From positions 49,578-113,577 of the IMG/VR virus record IMGVR_UViG_3300006735_000001: a DNA stretch of 64,000 bases; one strand, written 5' to 3'. Below are positions 30,501 to 38,839 of this stretch, one piece after another. Made by a program: the position numbers and the translations under genes. Every line of letters starts with the position of its first letter. The first letter of the stretch is position 1. This stretch comes from a virus. A model generated the notes under the pieces. That model was given only the letters and a program-made list of their open reading frames with translations. It did not search any database and had not been told where the DNA came from.

Positions 30501-32887
30501 TGATCCCATGCTCTGCTTTGTAATACTGCTCTTTTATAATCTTCTGATTCAGGTGGATATTGCGCTGGATTAAATAAATTAGGAAACTCATCTCTAAAGT
30601 TATTATAGTCAGTTTGCATTTCTTTAATGTTATCAATTTGATCTTGTAACTTTTCTCTTGCTTTCCCATTCTTAATTTGGGTGGGCGTAAAACCAAAACC
30701 AGCTTCATACAAAGCTTTATCATCTAACTGCATGAAATCTTTAATTTGATCAATAAACAAATGAGAAGTCCCAGTTTCAAAAATTGCATGAGCATTAGCA
30801 AATCTTGATTCATCTTGCATGTTTACAATATTATATAAATCTTCTTGCATCCTAAGATCATTGCTAAGTTGTTTTTGAAAAGTAAGATTAAACATTTTAG
30901 GATCAAAAACAGACAAAGGATCATTTGCCATATTGTCCCATGTATTATTAAGTGCATCTAATGCAGTCTGTACAGTTTTTTCTTTTGCATCTCTAAATTC
31001 TTGAAACGCTTCTTTTTGCTTTTCTGTTGCCAAACCTGTTAAACCAACTTGAGAACCACCGTACTTATATAAAGAAGGTATACCTTGAAATAAAAGCTTT
31101 TGTGGACCTTGTACAAAACCACCCATTAAAAACCCTGACATAAACACTTCAAAACCTTGACCAGAAAGTTGCTCTCCCATACCAGCCTTAATATTAGCTT
31201 TTCTTAAAGCCCATCCTCCTGATAAAGGATCATCTAATATAGCACTGTAGTACCCAGTAGTTGCAGCAGCTACCGCCTCTTGAGATACTTCTTGCACACC
31301 TTCTGCAATATTATTTGCAAAGTATCTTAATGATGAACTAGCTATTAACCCGGCACTTCCCCTAACACCTCCAGCTTTAACTCCATTCCACCATGCTGAA
31401 ATACCAGTGCCTCTATCTTTAAACATTTTACCTACATTAGGTAAACCTGTTTTAGGATTAATACTCTTTCTTGTTCTTAGAATTCTTTTACCTACATTTT
31501 GATAACCCTCTCTAATAGTCATACCCAATGTTCTTCTATAACCCCCTAAAGCATTGCCAAGAACAAACCAGTTACTTGCATAAATAATAGGTGCATTAAT
31601 CATCATAGTCTCAAATGCTGCTTCATGAGACTTAGATATAATCTCTTGCATATCTTTATCAGTGACAGTTTCACCTCTAGCTTCTCTTTTAGTTACTTCT
31701 GAGTTTACTAAATTATTAGCAACCATGCCTCCTTCAAGTCTACCTTCTGATACAGCAAGATTTACAGCACGTAAATCTCTATAGAACCCACCAAATAGTT
31801 TAGTAGTATTAGCAATGTTTCTTGAGTTTTGCGCAACTGTTTTAGTAGTATTCCATCTTTTGAGAGCAAATAAAGTATTAGGGGTAAACGCTTGTCCTAA
31901 AACTTTAGTGCCATTTATTGAACCTTGCCAAAAATTCTTTGCATTTTGAACATCTTTTAATTTTTTTAAAAATTTATTTGCATAAAATGAATTTTTTATT
32001 CCTTGACCAATAGTTTTTACTCCACGAAAAATATTCCAACCAGATCTTGCTACTGTTCCAGCTACAGCAGCACCTGCTGCGGGTGTCGTAGTCCCACCAG
32101 ATGGTATTGTACTTAATCCTAATGCTGAAGTACCTAATACCATTGCTAATTCTTCTACAGCTATAGATGCTATTATACCACCAGTATATGCACTATTTAA
32201 AAAAAAGTTATTAGCAAAACCACCAAAGCCTCCTCTAGTACTATTACCAACCATCATTGCCTCTTCAAATGCTTCTGCAGTTTCATCATCACCACTAAAT
32301 ACTGAATCCCAATCACCAGCCATTACATCTGCTGCAGTTCTATATGAACTCATAAATGCAGCACCACCTAAAGCTCCAAGCTCACCACTCATTCTAGATA
32401 GATCATCCATTATATTGCTATTAGCATTATAGTAAGTTTCCATATCAGCATATGGTACAAATCCTAAATTCTTATATTCTGGATGCTCATAATATCTTCT
32501 AAAATTACTTGACTTGACATCAAATGCAATAGGAGATACATTAATCTTTCCTTCACTTAAATCACCCTGCATTATTTGTTTTGAAGATTCATAACTACCT
32601 GGTTGAGGTGGTCTTGATTGAGAGTAAGGATCAAAATTTGTTGTTGCTGAGCCAGGTAAAGGATTTGAAATATTAGTAGTAGGAACAATAGAATACCTGT
32701 TTATCATTTCCTGAGCAGCTCTTACATTAGTAACGCCACCTGGATCAAGCATCATAGCATCAGCTCTATCCATATCTGGACTTTCAAACATGTCTTCTAT
32801 AGGAGTAAAAGTAAAATTACTTTGAGGTAATGTTTGTTCTAACTGATCTGTTTGTATAGATTGTTCTAAGCTATTTTGATTTAGCAT
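18578..32887 (-). CDS. virion-packaged RNA polymerase fused with zincin and an N-terminal hydrophobic region (4769 aa)
   Basis: AVRIPT..HS and AGSDHDGDK catalytic-loop motifs (~21530-21670); ADAQGY; YHEAFHAVY..EEYMSDEF zincin. Confidence 0.82.
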   Translation of the reverse strand: MLNQNSLEQSIQTDQLEQTLPQSNFTFTPIEDMFESPDMDRADAMMLDPGGVTNVRAAQEMINRYSIVPTTNISNPLPGSATTNFDPYSQSRPPQPGSYESSKQIMQGDLSEGKINVSPIAFDVKSSNFRRYYEHPEYKNLGFVPYADMETYYNANSNIMDDLSRMSGELGALGGAAFMSSYRTAADVMAGDWDSVFSGDDETAEAFEEAMMVGNSTRGGFGGFANNFFLNSAYTGGIIASIAVEELAMVLGTSALGLSTIPSGGTTTPAAGAAVAGTVARSGWNIFRGVKTIGQGIKNSFYANKFLKKLKDVQNAKNFWQGSINGTKVLGQAFTPNTLFALKRWNTTKTVAQNSRNIANTTKLFGGFYRDLRAVNLAVSEGRLEGGMVANNLVNSEVTKREARGETVTDKDMQEIISKSHEAAFETMMINAPIIYASNWFVLGNALGGYRRTLGMTIREGYQNVGKRILRTRKSINPKTGLPNVGKMFKDRGTGISAWWNGVKAGGVRGSAGLIASSSLRYFANNIAEGVQEVSQEAVAAATTGYYSAILDDPLSGGWALRKANIKAGMGEQLSGQGFEVFMSGFLMGGFVQGPQKLLFQGIPSLYKYGGSQVGLTGLATEKQKEAFQEFRDAKEKTVQTALDALNNTWDNMANDPLSVFDPKMFNLTFQKQLSNDLRMQEDLYNIVNMQDESRFANAHAIFETGTSHLFIDQIKDFMQLDDKALYEAGFGFTPTQIKNGKAREKLQDQIDNIKEMQTDYNNFRDEFPNLFNPAQYPPESEDYKRAVLQSRAWDHSRMLLMFTKNSMVRAAERAASINSRLQNEPLFKNMSASDLTVLTSKESLVKEMQILTDEISLLKAGEQTDKVKKDLAFKTKKLDLIAKFFTTIINPKNRTKDGKGPFDRRKMKTIEKPFQAYVQFLASQSQKDGLTQTFVDPTEVRKALIDIIDYTYLDGNIGIYNRALLYLMKPENFDEIYNRTLSVVEERFENNYETTKKNLEKYIDIQLANKLINELMSQEDVVVAGDESAEFLQTGDSSVLKNFFTQYGQINATNDKAKWLKIQAIIANYNRMVSKSDQAQNDAEVSEAEVSEVTNKEQEEILSDAGISVVLKKPNNTPMLNSLLNRSYNKYAALTSSKNEPVDSFNKWRSSEEAKLIQTTFNNIKKVWAQGYDSKDSEGNTFKITVSERQVTNEEGFAEFLLTREAIEDPIVQKLLSEAGLTLNDIIDDSDGAPVSKTARPANEGKGPFMQGTKFDVTKVDIDPEPYFELRDKNNNPLKEDVLSLLPKKFKGFIAGIYNTADSASDALNYLDSLMPDDSAYLFDGYTIHLGETVIDRDGQEWLVKSTPKMVSDKGRILLRKKEDNDKNPADVEPMRSVGLGNFRSEYTLQERDVQALTDDFAKLNFGKNVEIYPRVFDNEQSLPDKFSRAQRRLAVILSSLSAEEIQTLNLVIERDPKSGEIKGPYVIPTNPTLKKPNPQLIQAVSVYKIGFSLPLILLDKVNDKLQKENLGALEEGVVFGYVDNGNYAIKPTPESLGLDPRNITIKEVKNIINNATFPEGMQDNELVQSVQDMFTTNILIATQAGKLLGDNNKISISFDSEDMINFDIRTVLTGAIIDFDNVPKPVSELEYQFVNEEGDTFIFDVKRNKGQFKSINEITSVDNDPEFGVEERRKLIDDTVSGLKSQQIYEDKILNGTDRYYLIVKAPNGTYGFATLQAKQLTSDEFSQLAFDLIDQAEKKQEDNKGKTKVQQESSTFNNKFNDEIARDIFIKSNKGGYTVSIQVNPYGEVQMQLYDKNNKKDVATKTPKLTRDEVNDPKISVEAKLVTLISRLNEEIESTGVVITPAKFSKGFPEDATYDEILDKTTTKTATNVFKGQKVRLNANSAGIDAGRGVPDAANASGTFQMTEPYSGKPIGPVLQTPARTSNEAENSVLDITETEYTDMVEGNVPVPVAFLDQIAEVKRRGGEFSLREQGIYDTNSEIIDMKVAIAPNPTTASTNPNQKFDDVVSTVEKQIRALRDPVTGEVSDKNRAKFKSLTTQLYEAKSAARRGNSTQPLGTKTKGKDSNGDIIYLNSDEKAVEDKSIESYIKTIDKGIKNGKITLEKGREMVLKRITKDYDFSMDKMGIIVDYIQDRLDGSIPQVGNNKSSWLMFRDGKQPGLPVKQNNINIQIEELKVSLLEGVAPRDHFKTLQKNEEYQKLLKERDRQDKGLVNKILSGVFTPVFDDLDIVNINDFMMEAERILPDFISIEDIAVLGDNMKAGGVRVGAFQMYLNDLAGGLNVKGTIYTGAQNPFKYHEAFHAVYRLLLTPEQQKRLQSVARKEVRAKLRAEGKSFEKELQKFKNSANTYSDMSRKQLEKLYYEEYMSDEFDKFKINPRNTNTNTEVKSLFNRIIEFIKAFIDRFTTSQLQRTFEDIDAGKYKNASVVSNEFTESVLNDGPIIANALVPFKKIVVKDTEGFDYLDGNIADMIVRGIAASYLARSAKAELPYNPKDIFDEVVDDYQWLYSPNNEVNDLKTDEQKEKLKQIESAFLNYSTLIIEQADNLLEMITDKSVIQEENIDNVEDSVGVRTVSQYDLDASLIGGLKAIPSDVRKYIALTSVSEKDFFGNEYLTKGERIIVPVDFVDAFNSILKSTSNITNPLDFLKSMYFFGEDNVQGGAIVRKLLHDVGYSSESLLTDESFPAEIQNSSLLQSFINGFTNVRLDYLFVERSLAGDVRIYTASQKDDINSQLTRWQQAYYVAKRKLRADSNKTTNVINQIKDFDKALKGSNEMTDKALDKMSKAYSQDLYDNVGIKLSSLFIKVSLLQNRNGKTKKQKSLKKLYSDAKVIQDSGTGSDFSTMSLLSEQLQSNQDIFDEKGGILGRLRELSIANAPFDETVGATIHRNSNGDLVYAHQKPTFNLLFVNNLNNIDFYNNLLADPYKEQNFLLNSEAFKKMSQDRQIRMLRMEGSKVASGALSESNVEDGVSIDNTDYFRTQTYGNFSPKEFSLTQINLYTAFFNTKSGRVDTVIDSQGNESAIAPIFPKVMEASNTSELIGLPVIKTVEGSNAIITDETLDLFLDGIKNEFTRINRESNIDTATETVLGYNDVGGRGFSFFNNTTLLSQEFKNELSKVAYDQGQARNTISFDDAIKFTPYTLSQIREDIRTQLNNEYSDYVQYLIDENIYDEISKKVKDGLVVAEGVSRNNVNESSESLNLIPTNARYNLRQIFFNQKLNAAAFNEAQHGDQARLFKSSADITKRAKGNNNAGTPAYSEVIDTKKGILHTTDDISYILFEEPIENNIDIADAQGYTTVKGFRHLKFGTDSLSTGQAQLLDAMEDGLSESYQSSVYFGNEETPIGLVQDKDMVNSKKYAYFDGQKYLKFTITTLFKEYTSNLNPVTQVWEAKPGMLTLHNLRVAMEKIDASKDTITVAGPLSASKAEKMRVVPLSDINDNIGALEVLPHSTLSAKHMRLQQITPSNQLEGPDPTQIAEIITNIPVQFYKTKVPGLRDLNGDALDLKQIITAYNEVKTKKFKLSFNNKRNLIYEFESAVNDFNISNNTDITPKLAAFLKFAEKSLKAGKTSTNLLEFFSSVDGKQNYNLNNPITAPKFEQLFLNYFAKGVFSQKVPMVKLTLVSPFGVKKYRRVYDVEIVNGETIPTRSEIVRDKVFDRLGLTVEKDLQDLTPGNIPAKGYIVLDRLRVVPVYSNPKNPNSYTGERAMEMQMPAHHSSVRDLIENTNAPIPNVIARQFAVRIPTDDFHSSTPSLLVDFMPTAMGSVGMYAQELIEIAGSDHDGDKTFAHIKDFYVQDGVFKEYGKTKNKREEYLEYVRYSNRLVKAKGSQLQSVFELYSNNELDARIDSSPDSAVIDIATDPIDKQGGGMLLDTAKALAVLGLPISPAQYSEYKLKYGYPFEAPFNNQLLDYKFALVGNESMTTGNNPISYTPTSEEPINAALKLLEEKEQKIIGLDSNNYFRDKRADTPYDPSSFLGQAIAFQDNKGASIGASVLPNLYLSNLVEAGSEITDKTFTPIIDGITYNSFDPGSVEQAKINQDGKAAIVSMTVDNPTNRFVGKAGFNKHATSLAMNMLSLGMPMETIILLINTPTIRQVYKNASESNYSPYRVNKEIKKAFAVILNTFDDKKPSVPKLTSEMMSDYINANYNENLDPAEFYDVDLSILREFAKASRLQEFTNNMAAVTGLTKGLGKSMQNISRRKKQIEKLFDKDAPINLNKVFGPNTWHGTYIEGFNLLTNNLLPATFLRSSIDFQEILSLIADQMDLTNQATNEEMLDKISLDLLSYLTIKGYRNNMMENESHVVGGLTNDILYPSKQENIVDIVNRLKETPEGVDNDFLNGFLIVTDSKNSKSGLNLAEANTFRVMNSLMKVDLQNGFSRLYGSPNTRQDAMNLVSYMMVKDGLQIGYGTLLDAVNPYILNKYLSHVNTVNDALRGKQSIDTVFGQDIRSLINEFIKGYTVAAASNDKVFTLSSSDVGVSIEITPEGTQSLVVDWLEYYRDLGIEPIRNDKGFYRGPRLYSFNYLVQGEDGPTVSRAVAMEEWDVQDIQKKMTVTYSLESTKGSPRQNGIGFMFGDLISTNDLNKYRSENQKSSDIMPGESMAPISSYENAVKEMALKQQNSNITAVQGTPMQDSGIKVKLDPEAKETNIEDTAKLAEQISANSEAVEEDERQAYTIEDVDTSNPEMTDPQTSLFNELKLSLEEIYPVLYNFWTDTINPSAENRKIMRAQGAGTFKKFIGKFNDKNLKYESEQDYVEDVKKCILKK

Positions 32888-32898
32888 ACTGTTGGTAT

Positions 32899-35800
32899 TT
32901 AATTATTTAAATTTAAAACAGGTCTATTATCTTTGACTATTGTATCCTTTGGTAAATATCTGTTTTTATTATCTTTGATGCCATATCTTTTGCTATCTAA
33001 GTCAAAAAGAGCCTTATTATTTTTTCTTAATTGTTCAAAAGATTTTCTTTGTGCCTCAATTTTTTTATCTAACTCTTTAAGAGAAAATCCTTTTGGAAAA
33101 AACAATTGCATTGTTCCAACATCCGGAATATAATTACCACCTGATTTATCATTTGGATTATAAGGGTTATAGTTGTATGCTTTATACATCATTCTATAAA
33201 TATTATCTGCATCTTTTACTACTTGAAACTCTGCAGTAGTTTGTATATCACCTGGAACAGTAGTAGTATATGTATCATTAGGTGACTCTAATATTGCTGT
33301 TTCAACAAAAGAAAAATACGGTTTATTTACAGCATATTCACTTATATCTTGATCTTGTGGAAAAATTATAGATATACCTTTAGCATTAGAATCGTACATA
33401 GCAGTGCCTTCTTTTTCTCCATAAAGAGTACCAGGCTCAGGAACAATACCTTTTAAGCTATTAATATCTCTTGTATCTAATGCTCCATAAGAATCATTAC
33501 TACTACCTTTTTTCTTACTTGCTAACCAGTCTTCATCAAATACTATTTGCCAACCTGCATTAGCTTTGTCACCATCATCTGATTGTCCTAAAACAGGCTT
33601 ATAAATTAACTCAACTGCTGGTACTGGTTTATCAGGATTTTTTTGAGGATTTGCTAAATATTCTGCATAATCTTTTCTCCACATTCTTAAAACCTTTTCA
33701 GCTGTTGCATCTTTCTGCATAAGTTCATCTGAGTCCAACCCTCTTTTATTAATGCTACCAGCTATCACACCATAAGGTCTTCCTTGAAAACTATTTAATT
33801 GATTAAAAAATGCAAGCACTGCTTCATTATTTTGTCTTTGTAGTTCTGGACTAAGCTTAACAATTGGATTTATTTTATAAGATATTGAAGTACCTGCATA
33901 AGCATTTTCAAATATATCTCCACGTCCTTCCATTATACCTCTAAAACTAATAGGAGGTAAAGAACCATATTTTTTATCTCCTTTTAAAGATTCTGTAAGT
34001 GCTTCTCTATATATATCATAATACTTACCAGCATCAGATGCTACCGCATCTTCATCTAAACCTTTTGAATAAGATATATCCATAAACTCACCATGACCTG
34101 TAACTGTTTTAATATCATTCATGTAGTTTTTATCTGCCGATCCAGATAATAAAGGCACAGAACTTTGATTACCATCTATAAATCTAGAATCCCAGTTTGT
34201 AAGTTGACCAGCCTCAGCTAATTTTATTGCTTGCTGAATAAACTTTTCTCTGGTCATTATACCACCTCTCTCATTTAGTATACTTCCTAAACCTGCCCTT
34301 CTACCATCTCTTGCATCACTAGTTCTAATTAGTTGCTCATTTTGGAATTTATTATCTATAGCAGTATAATGTTGAGTTATTCTTTTATAATTTTCTTCTA
34401 ATACTGCATTAATTGACCTAATTTGATTTTCAGTAGATTGAGGATTAGTAATCATATCTCCATATAACTCATCATATGGAGCTCTATTTTCTGTTAAATT
34501 TGGATTATTCAATATCATCTGCCTTCTATCTTTTATTACTTTGACAGCATCATCAAAAGCTATATTAACTTTATCTCTATTTTCTAATAATCCATTTTCA
34601 CCTACTGCATTCATTTGAAGCCTTAAATCATTAGGTGTACCTTCAAATAATATATTTCCTCCATCATCACGTACAGCATATGTATTAGTTTGTCCTCCTA
34701 CATTCCCAGTAGGGTTTGTAATTGTTAATGTTTTAATAATATTTTCAACTTGTCTTTTATGTAGAGCAGCATCTGCTTCATCAAATTCCTGTTCAAATAT
34801 TTCGTATGGTTTGAATTCCGTCAAATCTGGGTCTCCATCACTATCTGTAGGAAATTTATTTGTATCTGAAGACCCATAAGTTTTATTTACCCCATTTGCT
34901 GCATCTATTATTCTTTGTTGACTTTCACTATTGATAGTACCTTCTGCTATTCCTTTTAAATATTCAAGTTCATATTTTCTTTCTTGTCTTTTATCTGCAG
35001 CTCTATCTCTTTGACTTTGTAAAGCAGAAGCATAATCAGCTTGCTTTTTTATAACACCATACTTACTTTCTCTTATTGAATATTCATAATCTCTAGATGC
35101 ATAATCTCTTGCAGATTTATTTATATCACCTAATATATTATAATTCATAATTAAGTTATATGCTTTATTCATCAAAGCTTGATCAGTGTTGCTAGGTAAG
35201 TTAGCAATCTCTTTCATTTCTAAACTTGCATTTAAAGAAGCTTCGGTTGCATCTAACATTTCTTGCTGATCTTGATAAGCCAAAGCCATTGTAGAGTCAG
35301 GACCTTCCAATATACCTACATTAGCTTGATAGTTTTGCCAATTTACATTTGCATTAACAAGATTTTGTTTTTTTCTAATTTTTTCTTGAGTATCTTTGGT
35401 ATTCATACTATCAATACGTCTGATAGTTTCTTTTGCCCAAGCTTCTTTACCTTGACTAATAGAAGAAAAAGTACCATTAGTAACACCCTCAGATGCAAAA
35501 TCTCTAGATCTTACAAAGCCTTCTTCATAATATGCAGCAATTACTTTAGGATTTTGTAATAGTTGATTCCTTAATATTTGTTCTGCTTGTCCTGTTACTT
35601 GTTTACCGTTTTGTTCAGTAATAATAAAATCTGTTAATGGTCTACCTTTTTTATCTGTCTCAAAATAATCTACCTTTCTTTTCAAAGGAGGATCCATTTC
35701 TGATAAAATCTTATCGGCTAATAGACCTAGGTCAGCATCTTCTACATATTTAGGTAGTGCCATATTCATAGCTTCTTGCTCAGATGCATTTATAAAATCC

Positions 35801-36249
35801 TCCATTCTATATTGTAATCCTTTCTTACCGGTATCCCAATACTTTTCATATTGTTCTTTGTTTGGATTATCTAATAGTAAATTTGCATAAGACATTTCAT
35901 CTCTAAATCTAGAAGTAAATACAACATCTCTTACAGTTAAATCATCTTGATAAAATGGAGCAAACACAGACTTAGCTGCATCTGCATTACTCTGCAGTGA
36001 TAAATCTAATCCAGATATTTTTTCAATCTGTGGACCTATTTGTTGAGCATATTGATCTCTTCTATCTTTAGTATCTTGTCTAGATAGATCAGCATAAACA
36101 ACTTTGTTGTATAAATCATTAGTAGCCTGGAAGTTAGCATCATACTTATCTTGCCTAGCATTTACTACCTGAGATAAAAATTTATAGTCAGGTGTAAATG
36201 GTTTAATATCTGGTAAATAAGTATCAGCTCCTTTTATATATGTTGCCAT
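32899..36249 (-). CDS. large virion cargo/ejection protein
   Basis: 1116 aa, helical; first of three giant co-oriented genes, as in crAss-like phages. Confidence 0.55.
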   Translation of the reverse strand: MATYIKGADTYLPDIKPFTPDYKFLSQVVNARQDKYDANFQATNDLYNKVVYADLSRQDTKDRRDQYAQQIGPQIEKISGLDLSLQSNADAAKSVFAPFYQDDLTVRDVVFTSRFRDEMSYANLLLDNPNKEQYEKYWDTGKKGLQYRMEDFINASEQEAMNMALPKYVEDADLGLLADKILSEMDPPLKRKVDYFETDKKGRPLTDFIITEQNGKQVTGQAEQILRNQLLQNPKVIAAYYEEGFVRSRDFASEGVTNGTFSSISQGKEAWAKETIRRIDSMNTKDTQEKIRKKQNLVNANVNWQNYQANVGILEGPDSTMALAYQDQQEMLDATEASLNASLEMKEIANLPSNTDQALMNKAYNLIMNYNILGDINKSARDYASRDYEYSIRESKYGVIKKQADYASALQSQRDRAADKRQERKYELEYLKGIAEGTINSESQQRIIDAANGVNKTYGSSDTNKFPTDSDGDPDLTEFKPYEIFEQEFDEADAALHKRQVENIIKTLTITNPTGNVGGQTNTYAVRDDGGNILFEGTPNDLRLQMNAVGENGLLENRDKVNIAFDDAVKVIKDRRQMILNNPNLTENRAPYDELYGDMITNPQSTENQIRSINAVLEENYKRITQHYTAIDNKFQNEQLIRTSDARDGRRAGLGSILNERGGIMTREKFIQQAIKLAEAGQLTNWDSRFIDGNQSSVPLLSGSADKNYMNDIKTVTGHGEFMDISYSKGLDEDAVASDAGKYYDIYREALTESLKGDKKYGSLPPISFRGIMEGRGDIFENAYAGTSISYKINPIVKLSPELQRQNNEAVLAFFNQLNSFQGRPYGVIAGSINKRGLDSDELMQKDATAEKVLRMWRKDYAEYLANPQKNPDKPVPAVELIYKPVLGQSDDGDKANAGWQIVFDEDWLASKKKGSSNDSYGALDTRDINSLKGIVPEPGTLYGEKEGTAMYDSNAKGISIIFPQDQDISEYAVNKPYFSFVETAILESPNDTYTTTVPGDIQTTAEFQVVKDADNIYRMMYKAYNYNPYNPNDKSGGNYIPDVGTMQLFFPKGFSLKELDKKIEAQRKSFEQLRKNNKALFDLDSKRYGIKDNKNRYLPKDTIVKDNRPVLNLNN

Positions 36250-36308
36250 AATTCAAAATTAATATAATTTAATAAGTTTACAAAGAGGAATAAATAAACT
36301 CTTTAAGT

Positions 36309-38837
36309 TTACATTCCCATCTTCCCAGTATAAAATGCTGGGTTTATAGCAAACTTTTTCATTTCGTTTCCATCCTTTGCTTCATCTGGTTCATCTGTTC
36401 TTTCTGCTCTATATCCAATAGGTGCTCCATATTCTTGACTATATACTTGTGCATTGTTCATATTAGCAGTATTCTGAGGTAACCCTCCAACCATATTTCT
36501 ATATAATGCATCAACTGTTTTATCGTCCATTGGTCTCCCTAAGTATTTTTCATATCTTTGGACTTTCTGAGCAAATGCAATTTCAGCATTTTGTTTAGGA
36601 TCTTCATAAGGTTGTCTACCTCTACCAGTAAACTCAATATCACCATATTGATCAGCACCAATCTTATACATATCATTAAGACTATTTAAGTTATATGTAT
36701 TTGATGCATTAGTTGCACCTACATTAAACAACTCATTAGCTTTCATTGTCTTCCAGTTATCCTCATTGTCTTTATTTTGTAAAGCAACTATAGTATTATC
36801 ATACAGACTTTTAGTTCTATCATTTTGTAGTTTATCATATTGCATTCCAAATTGAGGTGCAAGCATACCCACTTTATTCATAGTTTGAACATTTGCTTGA
36901 TTAACACCTGATATTGCTTTTGCATTAGCATCTAATGTTGTTCCTTGTATATTACTTCGTGCAATAGCTTGTGGTCCATAATTACCTAATGCATCAGCCA
37001 TAGTACCTTGAGCAGCTAAGTTTGCATTAATAATTGTAGTTGGATCATCTAGTACATAATCTATTTTACGTTCTTGTATTGGAGCTTGAAATGGTAAATA
37101 TAAGTTACTATCAAACATATTTAATGCTTGTAAATTATTTACATCTTGTTGCCACCATGGTTTTCCTGGATCATCTGACGGAATAACTGGAGGTATTTCA
37201 ATAGGTGCTTCAGGTCCTTTTATATTAAACTCATCACCAGGTTCAAAACCTACATTAAGTCTAGGAGTATTAAATGTATGCAAACCAAAGTCACCATCAA
37301 ATCCTCTACCCTTTTCCCAATTAGGATCATCTTTACTTAAGAAATATGGTACATATGGTATATTAGCTGCTAAAGCTTCTTCTTTTCTTTTTGCTTCTGC
37401 TGCTTTTTGAAATCTTAATACTTCCTTTTCGCTAGGGTCAGAATAGTTAAACCCCTCTTCTCCAAACTCAGCTTCTATTACATCACCCCATCTAGTATAA
37501 AAATCTTCTTTATTTTCTTCTAACAGAATGTCTTCAGACCCATAAATTTTAGCACCTTTAACTTTTCCTTGATCACGTGATCTTTTCCCTCCAGATAAAG
37601 AACCATACTTGTATTGTGCTTTATCAGATGCATCTATTACTTCACCTTGTAAACTAATGTCTTCATTATATATATCTACTGCAGTACTATCAGGTCTTAA
37701 CCTAGTAGGTACTCTACGTTCAGAACCTGATCCACCTGGAAACTTACCTTTAGGAGCTAATTTAAAATTATAATTATTAGTTGCTGGATCATATGTCATT
37801 ACATAACCTTTACTTATAGCATCTAAATATTTTTTTGTGTTAACTGGATCACCAACAAATGGGTTTTCTTGTATAATAATATCAGTGTTATCAACCTCTT
37901 CAGGTGACTCACCAGCAGTTTGATATCTTGGTATAAAAGTCTCTAGACCATTCTTAGCCATATTCATCATACTTGTATCAGCTTGAGCAAGTTGTGCTTG
38001 ATTAGCAGAAAACTCTGGTGGCCCTTGAGTCCCTTGAGCTACTGCACCTGCTTGATTTTCTTGAGCCATCATGTTTTGCAACATCTGTATCATATTTTGT
38101 TGCTCTGTAGGTAATTGTTGAATTGCATTTTCTCTAGCTTGAGCTTGACTAATACCTTCTACCTGTGAAGTAAACTCTAAAGGATCAATACCTTGCCCCA
38201 ATAAATAAGGGTGTGCGATTAAAGGAACACCATCATCAAAGTTCTTTTTAGCTTCTTGCATAAAACCAAGTTTAGATAAATCATTCATATTCTTTTGAAT
38301 CATTAATTCTGCACTTCTGGTAGATATATCATCAGCAAACTGAGATCCTATTTCTGCATAATAATCATTTAGATTAAACTTCTGTGATATTTTAGCAGGA
38401 GTCTTTCTTGAACCACCCATATCAAACTCTGACATTTCTTCTTTTGTAAATTTTAATTTTGGTGTATCAGAATATATAAATGACTGTTCTGGTAAGAACA
38501 TAGGTACACCCCCTTGAGAATGTCTTTTACCACTTATATTATATAAACCAAATTTTCCATCATCATTTAAATCTGTCAAAACTGTTTCTCCACCTTCTGC
38601 TTCTACATTAGCAACATCTCTTGGAACTTTTGATAAACTGTATCTTACACTTTTATCTTGTTCATTATTAAAAGATGTACTTCCATAGTACTCTTGAGGA
38701 GTTGTAACCAAACCATAATTAGCTTGATCACCTGTTACATATACGTCACCACCTTGTTGCATAACTTGATCTTCAACAACTTTGCCGTTAACCAATTTAA
38801 ATCCTTCAGGTAATTTATTTATTTTTATTTTTGCCAT
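36309..38837 (-). CDS. virion-region protein (842 aa) with NVEAEGGE..GKRHSQGG domain
   Basis: Motif recalled from crAss-like structural/cargo proteins; Q/N-rich helical C-terminus. Confidence 0.55.
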   Translation of the reverse strand: MAKIKINKLPEGFKLVNGKVVEDQVMQQGGDVYVTGDQANYGLVTTPQEYYGSTSFNNEQDKSVRYSLSKVPRDVANVEAEGGETVLTDLNDDGKFGLYNISGKRHSQGGVPMFLPEQSFIYSDTPKLKFTKEEMSEFDMGGSRKTPAKISQKFNLNDYYAEIGSQFADDISTRSAELMIQKNMNDLSKLGFMQEAKKNFDDGVPLIAHPYLLGQGIDPLEFTSQVEGISQAQARENAIQQLPTEQQNMIQMLQNMMAQENQAGAVAQGTQGPPEFSANQAQLAQADTSMMNMAKNGLETFIPRYQTAGESPEEVDNTDIIIQENPFVGDPVNTKKYLDAISKGYVMTYDPATNNYNFKLAPKGKFPGGSGSERRVPTRLRPDSTAVDIYNEDISLQGEVIDASDKAQYKYGSLSGGKRSRDQGKVKGAKIYGSEDILLEENKEDFYTRWGDVIEAEFGEEGFNYSDPSEKEVLRFQKAAEAKRKEEALAANIPYVPYFLSKDDPNWEKGRGFDGDFGLHTFNTPRLNVGFEPGDEFNIKGPEAPIEIPPVIPSDDPGKPWWQQDVNNLQALNMFDSNLYLPFQAPIQERKIDYVLDDPTTIINANLAAQGTMADALGNYGPQAIARSNIQGTTLDANAKAISGVNQANVQTMNKVGMLAPQFGMQYDKLQNDRTKSLYDNTIVALQNKDNEDNWKTMKANELFNVGATNASNTYNLNSLNDMYKIGADQYGDIEFTGRGRQPYEDPKQNAEIAFAQKVQRYEKYLGRPMDDKTVDALYRNMVGGLPQNTANMNNAQVYSQEYGAPIGYRAERTDEPDEAKDGNEMKKFAINPAFYTGKMGM

Positions 38838-38839
38838 AA

